DNA of 64,000 bases, taken from positions 186,001 to 250,000 of the forward strand of contig NW_027272117.1 of NCBI RefSeq assembly GCF_040938485.1, written 5' to 3'. The notes under the pieces were generated by a model. That model was given only the letters and a program-made list of their open reading frames with translations. It was not told the DNA's origin and did not search any database. The stretch comes from Diadema antillarum. Taxonomy: Eukaryota. Positions 51,267 to 62,569 of this stretch are shown here, one piece after another. Position 1 is the stretch's first letter, and every line of letters starts with the position of its first letter. A program made the position numbers and the translations under genes.

Positions 51267-53288
51267 TGTAAGGGAATGCACTTTCACCTAAATAATTTCA
51301 TTTTATTTCAGCCATAGCACTTTGATTAGATGCCCGGAATATGGTGTCACTTTTATAAGTCACTATAACATATCTCCCTTGTACTCATACAATATGTAGG
51401 TCTCTATGTGGAATACAGGTAGAGATAAATTTTAGTCCCTACCCACACCTACAACACATGCACTGTGGGTATTGGATTAAGAAGGGGGCAAGCAATGTCC
51501 ATGCATCTATTGTGACCATGAAGTTTATTGCCAAACAATGTCTATGTACCTATTGTGACCCTGAAGTTTATGACCAGCCATATCAAACTAAGGAGACAAA
51601 GAGCTGTCCCCTTACTCATGCTGGCCACTGCATTGACATTGTCCTCATACCCTCATTTTGCTATGTGAGCTCGCGACTGCAAGGTGTACAACTCAAGTGC
51701 TCCAGTTGTGATAATTTGTTCATGTTTGTGGAGGACAGGGAGAACCTTTAGTTTGGTAAGTTCCTCTTTAAGTAAGTTTTACTTCACCAACTATGGTAAC
51801 AATGCAACAAATACATGTGTAACATTATATTCCAGATAACAGTTTATTGAAATGTACCTTTTGAGTTAGTTGCTTCTTTCACAGAAACTCTGGGGGAATA
51901 TCTTCCATGCAAATGATGCTATATAATTTGGCTATATACTTTCTCACTAATTTTCTCAATAATTATTGTATCATATGATATACCAGGCATGTGCAGGACT
52001 ACAGGTCAATGCATTTAGTATTAAGATGTTCCCTTCTATTTGGATATATCTAAAGTTTGACGATTAATTTAATGTTTGTATAGTTAGCTTCAACTCAATT
52101 AATGAAAACATTAGTTTGATAAGCCTGGAGTTGAACTTGAGTCTGTGTCATAGAGTTGACGCTATTTATGAAGCATCTATTACTGTCTATGCTAGTCACG
52201 TAGTTTATCATGGTATGCAGTAATGTCCTGTGATCTCTCTGTGAGAGATAGATAGCATAGAAGTAAATTGGGGAATGGAGTTAAGAGCTTGATATCTTTA
52301 CCCCAGTAAATCTCAATAGATATAATTTATGTTATTTTTTGGTAAGCAAGCTGTTTTAGCCAACTGTAGAATGTTGTATACACATTACCAAACATACCTT
52401 GCAAAAAAACCAATTCGGCTTTGGTAGTGACCATGGTCAGGGTACACAGACCCCCCACCCCCGTGTTATATATTCAGTCAAGCATGACAAGGGTTCTCTC
52501 CCACTCTTTATTTGAGATCAGGCATAGCATAACCTTGCAAAGATGTGCTAGTTACATGTATTATAATCTATGTGTTCTATTTGTTGAGACGGTATTTGTT
52601 ATATCACTTTAGATTTGGTCATCTATAGCTATTATATACGTGTACATGTAGTAGGCCACCTTGTAAGCTGCCGTGTGGGTAATTTCATTATGAGTTTGTA
52701 TATATTTGATCGTAGTGTCCCCCTCCCTCGTCAATCTCTTCCTTCTGCATCTCCTCCTTTTCCTTCTTCTTTGTCTTCTTATTCTCCTCTTTCTGGTTCT
52801 TCTCGATCATTCTCCTTTCCTTGTTCTACTTTTCCTCTATTCTTCTATCTTCCTCTCCTTATCCCAGTTCCTCGTCTTTCTCTTCTTTCACCATTGTTCT
52901 GGGATGCGTCAGATTCTCTTATCATGTCAGTATAGTGTTATCCCTATGTTAATGTGTTACATAAGTTAGTATAACTTAATTGTGAACTGTGGGACGTAGA
53001 AAACGTAATGAAAATATAGTGGGGATTTGTTTCTGTTTCATATTTTGTCATAAATTGCATCTATGAAACATGCATTCAGGCGAATGCTTACTTTCTGTTT
53101 TGACACTGTTTATCACAAAGGATTTTGGTTGTTCTGTTTTCTTGCAGGTTATGTAAGCGGCATCTTCTGCCCTCTTTTGTTGGAGTTGATTTTATACACA
53201 AAATAAAGTGGGCCTTATACCCAACGGTGCTGAGAACCCAAACTTGAACTTGCCCAAGATCCTTTATTTGAATTGCGATCCCCTTACA
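51267..53288 (+). repeat. 5' LTR (2022 bp)
   Basis: TGTAAGGG...CCCTTACA termini, AATAAA at 53202, 43-bp tandem duplication at 51490-51575. Confidence 0.97.
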
Positions 53289-53290
53289 TT

Positions 53291-53307
53291 TGGTAGTACG
53301 GATGGGG
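53291..53307 (+). promoter_or_regulatory. Primer-binding site, closest to initiator tRNA-Met but imperfect
   Basis: TGGTAGTACGGATGGGG two bases after the LTR, versus the typical TGGTAGCAGAGGATGG. Confidence 0.65.
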
Positions 53308-53406
53308 TCCAGCTTTTCAACATAAGTTCAGATCGAGGTGATTACTGTTGGCTTGGCTTCTAAACGTGACAACTGGATTGTGCAGGAAACAAAAGAGGGT
53401 AGAAAG

Positions 53407-54336
53407 ATGGCGACGATGGAAGAACTACAGGAGAAACTGGAAAAGCTGACTGCAGAACTGAGGAACAGGGAGGTGTACTTGCCACCGAAAGAAAAGAAAA
53501 TCCGGCCTTTCAACGGTACAGATGGTGCATCAGTGGGTGATTTTATTGACGATGTACGTGCTGGCATTAAGCTGAGGAAACTCCGCAACGAAAATGCCGT
53601 GGATTATGTCCTTGCCCACCTAGAAGGAGCTGCACGACAGGAGATGAAACATCGCCCAGCTGAGGAGAAGAAAGACGCGGAGACAATTTTCAAATTCCTC
53701 CAAGAGACCTTTGGAGATCGTCTGACTAGTGGCCAACTCTTGCGACAGGTGTACAATAGGACACAGAAAGAGGGTGAGTCAGTGGCTGAGTATGGGTATG
53801 CTCTTTTAGCACTAAGTGCCCGGTTGGAGGGGAAAACAGGTGCTCCTGATGCAGAGAATGCCATCAAGGAACAGTTCCAGGATGGTCTTCGTGACCCGCA
53901 CTTGAGGAGAGAGGTGAAACGGCTGCTGAAGGAGAAACCAGACCTGACCTTCCTTAAAGTGCGAGACTGGGCAATGGAAATGGAGGAAGGAGAAGGGTAT
54001 GCTCCCATTCACAGAAAGCGAGGTGGGGTATGCCAGGTTCATGTCCAAGGAGAAATGGGGACAGTCGTTGAAACTCTGTCGGCTGCCATCCGAAGTCAGA
54101 CGGACATTTTGGAAAAGATGAGATGCCAACAAGAGGAGCTTCATGAAAGGCTAAGGAGGCTGGAAGGACAAAGGGAAAATCCCACAGTACGGCAACCATT
54201 CGACATGCAAAAGGTGCAGTGCTACCGCTGTGGGAACAGAGGCCACCTGGCTAGAATGTGCCGTACACCACTAACAAACACCCAACCACCAGCTGCAACT
54301 GCCGGGACACAGCAGTTTCCTCAGTCGGGAAACTAA
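53407..54336 (+). CDS. gag: Gag (capsid-like region + CCHC zinc knuckle), 309 aa
   Basis: First ATG in good context (MATMEEL), LAHLEGAARQE..TQKEGESVAEY..FQDGL, and CYRCGNRGHLARMC. Confidence 0.93.
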   Translation: MATMEELQEKLEKLTAELRNREVYLPPKEKKIRPFNGTDGASVGDFIDDVRAGIKLRKLRNENAVDYVLAHLEGAARQEMKHRPAEEKKDAETIFKFLQETFGDRLTSGQLLRQVYNRTQKEGESVAEYGYALLALSARLEGKTGAPDAENAIKEQFQDGLRDPHLRREVKRLLKEKPDLTFLKVRDWAMEMEEGEGYAPIHRKRGGVCQVHVQGEMGTVVETLSAAIRSQTDILEKMRCQQEELHERLRRLEGQRENPTVRQPFDMQKVQCYRCGNRGHLARMCRTPLTNTQPPAATAGTQQFPQSGN

Positions 54337-54372
54337 TTTCGCCCAGGGCTGAGAGCCAAGCACTGGGTGTGG
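54327..54372 (+). promoter_or_regulatory. -1 ribosomal frameshift signal
   Basis: Slippery heptamer G GGA AAC directly before the gag stop. After an 8-nt spacer, a stem cccag-ggct..agcc-ctggg. The downstream ORF is in the -1 frame. Confidence 0.8.
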
Positions 54373-57300
54373 ATTCAGAGAGAAGGGAAGATGGCTCAAG
54401 AAATGAGGGACCGGAGCAGATCGTCGGGAAGTGCCCCACAGCAAGAATAACACTTGGTGGAGTAGAACTCTGGGCTGTGATAGATACCGGATCACAAGTG
54501 ACCACTATCACAACGGAGTGCTTTCGGCAATCTTTTCCGCAGTCAGTCTTGAATAAAATCAACTGGCTAACCCTCAGTGCAGCCAATGGAACGGAAATCC
54601 CGTATTCTGGATATTTTGAGACTGATGTGGTGATAGCCAGCAGGAAAGCGGAGAAGAGAGGAATTCTCGTCACCAAAACAGCGCACAGTCCAAAGTATCC
54701 AGTGCTGCTTGGAATGAATGTCCTTCGAGAGTTGCCGACTGAGACATTGTCAGCTATAATAGGCTCCAGTGTCTCACAAATCCAAGCAGAGATAACACTG
54801 GGGAGCCGCCATATATTAGGCCTTGTTCGTGTCGCTGGAATGGGAAAGGTACGAGTTCCAGCAGAATCATCACTAGTCATCGAGGTGACAGGTCCTACAT
54901 GCCCGGATAAGACGGCCGTAGTGATTGACGGGATTGCGCAAACCCCAAAGGGCCTCACTATCAACCCCACGGTAACATTCTCTACCAAAGGTCGAATGTC
55001 AGTACAGTTGGTTAATTCTACTGCAGAGGACATTTTCATACCGGCTCGAACTCCCGTCGGATGCATCCAACGTGCCACCATGATCGACGATAATAGCATT
55101 ATGTGTGAACGAGTGGAGGTTCAGACAGCCCACCAGGGGAATTCCGCGGGGGACCATATCCTCAACACTATTGGTATGATGTGGGATGGCTTAACCCAGG
55201 AACAGAGAACGCAGGCAGAGGCTTTGGTGATGAAAAATGTTGATGTCTTCGCTTGTTCAGACGATGACCTTGGCTATACAGAGACAGTTACCCACAAAAT
55301 TCGAACGGTGGATGACGAGCCAATCCGACTCCCATACCGAAGGATTCCCCCATCACAGCTCGAGGAGGTGAGGGAACATATCTGACAACTGCTTGAGAAG
55401 AAAATCATCAAGGAAAGTACCAGCCCCTATGCATCCCCTATCGTCTTGGTTCGGAAAGCTGACGGCACCTTGCGATTATGCGTCGATTATCGCAAACTAA
55501 ACCAGAAAACGAGAAAGGATGCTCACCCAATTCCAAGGATTGATGAGTCCATGGATGCCCTCCATGGAGCTAGATGGTTCTCCTCTCTAGACTTGCTATC
55601 GGGATATCATCAAGTAGCAATGGATGAGGAGGATCGTCACAAGACTGGGTTCACAACGCCATTCGGCTTATTCGAGTACATCCGCATGCCGTTCGGACTA
55701 TGCAATGCGCCTGGAACATTCCAACGCTTGATGCAAGCTTGTCTTGCAGACCAGTTTTTCTCATCTGTTCTTTGCTATCTTGATGACTTGCTGGTTTACT
55801 CCCGTACCTTCGAGGAACATCTTGAAAGATTGGAGCGTGTATTCGACAGACTACGGCAGCACGGACTGAAGATCAAGCCTTCCAAATGCCAGATGTTCCG
55901 GCCAGAGGTGAAATACTTGGGTCATAAAGTATCCCGGGAAGGAGTGATGACTGATCCAGACAAAGTGGAAGTGGTGCGGAATTGGCCTGCCCCCCGCAAT
56001 CTGAAAGAGCTGAGATCCTTTCTTGGATTCTGTTCCTTCTACAGGCGGTTCGTGCAGGGTTTCTCACAAATAGCTGGACCTCTACACAAGCTGGTAGGTG
56101 AACACATGGAGAAGCTGAAGAGTAGGAGGCCTGTTCCTTTCAGTTGGGGATCAGAACACCAGGCCGCCTTCGACGAGCTGAAACACAAGTTGTGCCAGCC
56201 ACCAGTCCTGGGCTTCGCTGATTACACCCAGCCATTTGAAGTCGAAGTGGATGCCAGCTTCCAAGGTCTCGGAGCAGTTCTTTTCCAGCGACAGCAGGGG
56301 CAGCGGCGTGTCATCGCTTATGCCAGCAGAACACTGCGCGGGGCGGAGAGGAATATGGAAAGGTACTCCAGTATGAAGCTTGAGCTGCTTGGAATGAAAT
56401 GGGCGATTACTGAGAAATTTCGCGAGTATCTTCTTGGCAGCAGATTTGTTGTCTTCACAGACAATAACCCGCTGGCCCACCTCAAATCAGCGAAACTGGG
56501 AGCAGTCGAGCAACGATGGGTGGGTGCCCTCTCCTCATTTGACTTTGATGTCAAGTACAAACCAGGTGTCGCCAACAAGGTAGCAGATGGGTTATCTCGC
56601 AGACCACACCTCCCAGACGGGAACACACACGGTTCACAGACCTGCTGCGAGATGGTTGGAGTTACCCGGTTACCAGATGACTTGAAACATACCACAGCCG
56701 AGTCTAATGCCCAGAGTGCATGGGGGAATACAGATGACAGCAGCACACAGGCGCCATTCCCAAACTACACACACGACCAACTACAGTTGTTCCAGCAGCG
56801 GGACCCAGCCATAAGCCGTCTACGCTATTACTGGGAGCAAGGTAGGAAGCCGGATGCCGAGCAGAGAGCTAGCGAGCAGGAAGATGTGATCCTCCTGCTG
56901 AGGCAAATGGATAAGGTGAGGGAGAAAGACGGGCTGCTTTATCGTGTGTGCGAGGAAGGACGACTTTGGCAGTTGCTGTTACCCCAGGTCCTGGTCAGTG
57001 ATGTGCTGAAGGCTTGCCATGATCAAGCAGGACACCAGGCCGTGAAGAGAACAACAAGCCTGGTAAGGAGCCGCTGTTACTGGCCTAGGATGACAAATCA
57101 TATTACTGAATGGTGTGCCCAATGTGATCGCTGCACTAAAGCCAAAAACCCACCAAAAATTCGTGAGCCACTCAGAGGTATGATAGCGACTCGCCCAAAT
57201 GAGTTGCTTGCGGTGGACTTCACAATGCTGGAACCCGACTCAACAGGCAGGGAGAATGTCCTTGTCATGACTGACGTATTTTCAAAATACTCGTTAGCCA

Positions 57301-58439
57301 TACCGACAAGAAATCAAACTGCAGAAACAACAGCGAGGGTTCTCATGAGAGAGTGGTTCAGCAAGTTTGGGGTGCCGCAGAGAATCCACTCGGACCAGGG
57401 TCGGAATTTTGAATCGGCACTTATTCACTCTCTATGCAAGCAGTATGGAGTACACAAGTCTCATACCACTCCATACCATCCTGAAGGAAATGGCCAGGCA
57501 GAACGATTTAACAGGACACTACACGATCTCCTCAAGACACTCCCTCCCGAGAAGAAACGTAAGTGGTCAGAGTTCCTCCCAGAAGTCCTGTATGCATACA
57601 ATGCCACCACTCACTCTTCTACAGGTTTCACCCCATTCTACCTTATGTTTGGAAGGGATCCCAAACTCCCAGTTGACTTCCTGTTAGGGGAGAAAGCACA
57701 CAAAGACTTCGCAAATGTTCATGACTGGGTTGCCGACCATACTGAGGTTCTTCACTGGGCGTACCAAAAGGCAGGGGAGAAGCTCATCCAAGAGGCCGAC
57801 AATCGGAAGTCACAATTTGACAAAACTGCTAGAGAGAGACCCCTGAGAATAGGAACTAGGGTGTACCTAAAAAACCACCCGCAAGGCAGACATAAGATAG
57901 CAGATGAATGGCAACCCACCGTGTATAAGGTTGTTTCTCGTCCCGGGGACGGAGCAGTGTATGTCGTAGAGAGAGCAGACGGCGCTGGCGATCAACGGAC
58001 TGTCCATCGCAGAGAACTCCGAGAGTGTCCCACCAGCCAGGGATGGGATCCAGCCCCTCCTCCCAGCAGGCAAAGAAAGGCACGTCGGGCCCACACACGC
58101 CCAGAAGCAGATGTCACATCAGATGACTCCAGTTCTTCTTCCTGGCCAGATCTAGTGGTAGTAGGAAGGTATCCTAATGATCCTCTGGTAGACGAAAGTG
58201 GTACTTCTAGTGATGAATGTCATCATTCTCCATATCTTCTCCGTCGTAGTGCAAGAATTGGGAAGGGAAACCATAGTAATCCGTTCAATCTTCCACGCTC
58301 AGCTGTCAAAACCCTTTCAGATGATGCAGATGTTGATGCCTCAATAAACGGAGTAATTTCAAGTGAAGTCAACAGTCAAGAATTAATCAAGAGGCTTCAG
58401 CGAGGCCTTGATAGCGAAGTAAAATGGGATGACTGGTGA
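54334..58439 (+). CDS. pol: Pol polyprotein (protease, RT, RNase H, integrase) interrupted by one in-frame TGA at 55383-55385
   Basis: VIDTGSQVT, LCVDYRKLN, YIRMPFGL, YLDDLLV, VDASFQGLGAVL, HHCC (HDQAGH..CAQCDRC), D-D-E (AVDF, SDQG, AERFN), GFTPF. The ORFs at 54258-55385 and 55446-58439 are in the same frame. Confidence 0.95.
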
Positions 58440-58706
58440 TCTACGTTTAGTCGTAGGGTATAGGTGCACTGACATCCTAAGGATAGTGTTACCATTTCAG
58501 CGTGGATAGTTGTTTTTGTAAATAGTCTACATAATCATTATTGTCTATTGTAATTATTTTGGTTCTTTTAGTGCATGTTTATGGGCTGGTCTGGAAAATT
58601 TTGTGTGAGTGGGTTAGTGTCACTATAATTGTTTGGGGTTTGTTGTCAAATGGAGCAAATTTCCAACATTGATCTAAGAAAAGTGTAAGTTTGAGGACAA
58701 ACTTCT

Positions 58707-58723
58707 GAAAAAGCAGGGGAGAA
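58707..58723 (+). promoter_or_regulatory. Polypurine tract
   Basis: gaaaaagcaggggagaa immediately before the 3' LTR. Confidence 0.85.
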
Positions 58724-60744
58724 TGTAAGGGAATGCACTTTCACCTAAATAATTTCATTTTATTTCAGCCATAGCACTTTGATTAGATGCCCGGAATATG
58801 GTGTCACTTTTATAAGTCACTATAACATATCTCCCTTGTACTCATACAATATGTAGGTCTCTATGTGGAATACAGGTAGAGATAAATTTTAGTCCCTACC
58901 CACACCTACAACACATGCACTGTGGGTATTGGATTAAGAAGGGGGCAAGCAATGTCCATGCATCTATTGTGACCATGAAGTTTATTGCCAAACAATGTCT
59001 ATGTACCTATTGTGACCCTGAAGTTTATGACCAGCCATATCAAACTAAGGAGACAAAGAGCTGTCCCCTTACTCATGCTGGCCACTGCATTGACATTGTC
59101 CTCATACCCTCATTTTGCTATGTGAGCTCGCGACTGCAAGGTGTACAACTCAAGTGCTCCAGTTGTGATAATTTGTTCATGTTTGTGGAGGACAGGGAGA
59201 ACCTTTAGTTTGGTAAGTTCCTCTTTAAGTAAGTTTTACTTCACCAACTATGGTAACAATGCAACAAATACATGTGTAACATTATATTCCAGATAACAGT
59301 TTATTGAAATGTACCTTTTGAGTTAGTTGCTTCTTTCACAGAAACTCTGGGGGAATATCTTCCATGCAAATGATGCTATATAATTTGGCTATATACTTTC
59401 TCACTAATTTTCTCAATAATTATTGTATCATATGATATACCAGGCATGTGCAGGACTACAGGTCAATGCATTTAGTATTAAGATGTTCCCTTCTATTTGG
59501 ATATATCTAAAGTTTGACGATTAATTTAATGTTTGTATAGTTAGCTTCAACTCAATTAATGAAAACATTAGTTTGATAAGCCTGGAGTTGAACTTGAGTC
59601 TGTGTCATAGAGTTGACGCTATTTATGAAGCATCTATTACTGTCTATGCTAGTCACGTAGTTTATCATGGTATGCAGTAATGTCCTGTGATCTCTCTGTG
59701 AGAGATAGATAGCATAGAAGTAAATTGGGGAATGGAGTTAAGAGCTTGATATCTTTACCCCAGTAAATCTCAATAGATATAATTTATGTTATTTTTTGGT
59801 AAGCAAGCTGTTTTAGCCAACTGTAGAATGTTGTATACACATTACCAAACATACCTTGCAAAAAACCAATTCGGCTTTGGTAGTGACCATGGTCAGGGTA
59901 CACAGACCCCCCACCCCCGTGTTATATATTCAGTCAAGCATGACAAGGGTTCTCTCCCACTCTTTATTTGAGATCAGGCATAGCATAACCTTGCAAAGAT
60001 GTGCTAGTTACATGTATTATAATCTATGTGTTCTATTTGTTGAGACGGTATTTGTTATATCACTTTAGATTTGGTCATCTATAGCTATTATATACGTGTA
60101 CATGTAGTAGGCCACCTTGTAAGCTGCCGTGTGGGTAATTTCATTATGAGTTTGTATATATTTGATCGTAGTGTCCCCCTCCCTCGTCAATCTCTTCCTT
60201 CTGCATCTCCTCCTTTTCCTTCTTCTTTGTCTTCTTATTCTCCTCTTTCTGGTTCTTCTCGATCATTCTCCTTTCCTTGTTCTACTTTTCCTCTATTCTT
60301 CTATCTTCCTCTCCTTATCCCAGTTCCTCGTCTTTCTCTTCTTTCACCATTGTTCTGGGATGCGTCAGATTCTCTTATCATGTCAGTATAGTGTTATCCC
60401 TATGTTAATGTGTTACATAAGTTAGTATAACTTAATTGTGAACTGTGGGACGTAGAAAACGTAATGAAAATATAGTGGGGATTTGTTTCTGTTTCATATT
60501 TTGTCATAAATTGCATCTATGAAACATGCATTCAGGCGAATGCTTACTTTCTGTTTTGACACTGTTTATCACAAAGGATTTTGGTTGTTCTGTTTTCTTG
60601 CAGGTTATGTAAGCGGCATCTTCTGCCCTCTTTTGTTGGAGTTGATTTTATACACAAAATAAAGTGGGCCTTATACCCAACGGTGCTGAGAACCCAAACT
60701 TGAACTTGCCCAAGATCCTTTATTTGAATTGCGATCCCCTTACA
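58724..60744 (+). repeat. 3' LTR (2021 bp)
   Basis: Matches the 5' LTR by eye except A7 versus A6 in gcaaaaaa(a)cc. Confidence 0.97.
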
Positions 60745-62569
60745 TGGGGAAGGAAGGGGGTATTCCTCCCCCATCATGCATCCTCCTCCCCCGTGCCGTC
60801 TCCTTCCATAGATTACAGACTTACACTTCTTTGATACAAAGTTTCTGGATATTCTAGCAAAAGTGTGAACCAGATCATTGAATTTTACTTGTAAAAATGA
60901 AAAAGCTCGGGTCCAATGGGAGGGGGATTGGTATACCCCACCCGACCCTTTCCTTGCTCGGTCCCATTAAAATATACTCGATAGCCTACACTTTGGGGAT
61001 TTACAATATTTTCCAACTATTACATTCCACAAAAAGGCTACACGATTAGATCGTTCTGTAATTTCATTTCTAAAAATACAAAATCTCCGTCATGTGGGAG
61101 GGGCATATAACCGGCGCACGCCCCCCTTTATTTTTCGTTAAAAACAAAAGAAATAAAAAGAAAAAAACATGAAATGAAACCCGAAAGTGGCACCAGAAAT
61201 ATTAGTCACGCCCCACCCCCCCTTTACAGAATTCCTGGATCTGCCCCTGTGCCACGGCCCTGTTTTATGAAGAGTTAAATTGATGATATAGTTGATTTCA
61301 ACTGTAAGTCTATGACAGCCTGTGTGGTAAGCAAATTTAAAATCGATTTTATCTTTTAGGGTCTGTGGTCATCATGTAGTAGTGGATTGGAATGGGGTAG
61401 TGATTTCAACTTTGTGTATCATTACAAAACACGAGTGTCTACTTATTAAAAGATTCATAGAGGTTTCTGAATATGTAAATGAAATTGAATAAACAAGCAC
61501 GGCCGAGCCAACTCTTCCATTTGACATGTTTACGTGGAAGTGGTGAAACACCAAAGTCCCCCAGGCAAGTCTTGCATGCAATGTCAAATATTATATTATA
61601 CACTGTCAACGTGCTATTTCTTCGCGTGTGTGTGATTTTTACGGCCTCCATAGCTAAGAAGTCGGTCTGAAATATCTGCGATATATTCAGTTTCTAAATG
61701 AGTTGTGCGAGCGAGGATACTCTGAGGTATTGCGTAGGATAGGAGCACTGGCGAGGAGCGCGGCAGGCGCAGAGCTACATGCATGCTGCATGGCAGAAAA
61801 CCGCTCATCATGCGATGCACTAGCTGTATTGCCAACGTACAGCATGCAGCAAGCCGCGCTTCGGTACGGTACACATGTGGCCAGCTAGCTCATCTTTACC
61901 TATTGCATTGGTTCGACCCGAGACTGCATAACGTTACTGTATGGAACGCTACAGAATGGAAGGAAGCTCACATGGGCTCTGAATGATGACTATCTAACGT
62001 TTCTAGGTCCAACAGTTAGACCTTTACAAATGAGATTGAGGATGTTGTGCCGGTTGTGATGCACCGCGGGAAAACTGTCAGGCATTTCAATGCTCGTGAG
62101 GTACCTTGCGGCTTGAAGTTTCTTCTTCTTCTTATCACCTGCTGCCTTCCGACAGTTCAACCTTGAAGATTCTTGCAGATCTTGGTGACAGTAGTTTAAA
62201 TTTTATGTATGATTAATTGGGGTAGGGTGCATGTGTCAATATTAGATAATTTACAAGGTGCAACTGCAAGTAAAAACTTCCTCAAAACTAGCAGGTGCTG
62301 CATGCTGCCTTCATAGTTCCTTCGTCAGTAGGAGACAAAAGGCATTTATTGTGATGACTGAGACCACCACAACATTGGCTGCTGGAGCTGGCCTGGGACG
62401 AAGTGGGAGGGCCTTCATTCAATCCAAAAAAGACCTAACCCCGCCCGAGTTGGGCGCTCCTTCACACAAATGTGAATTTATTCAGGCTGGTCGCAATCAC
62501 CAAAGTCAAAGACCTAAATTCTAGGCCCTGTACTAATTCAACCTTTCTAACAACAAACATATCTAGATC

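Larger units (their letters stand above)
51267..60744 (+). mobile_element. Complete Ty3/Gypsy LTR retrotransposon (9478 bp)
   Basis: Paired LTRs, TSD tggg (51263-66 / 60745-48), PBS, PPT, gag, and pol in PR-RT-RH-IN order. Confidence 0.97.

Noticed and set aside
52615-52969. Ser/Pro/Leu-rich ORFs in the LTR (also 60071-60425)
   Set aside because: Translations of a CT-rich low-complexity tract with TTG starts.
53328-58098. Antisense and alternative-frame ORFs over gag/pol (e.g. 54251-55099, 282 aa)
   Set aside because: Expected shadows of long GC-balanced coding sequence, with no independent motifs.
58440-58723. env-like third ORF in the Gypsy element
   Set aside because: Only ~280 bp separate the pol stop from the 3' LTR, with no ORF.
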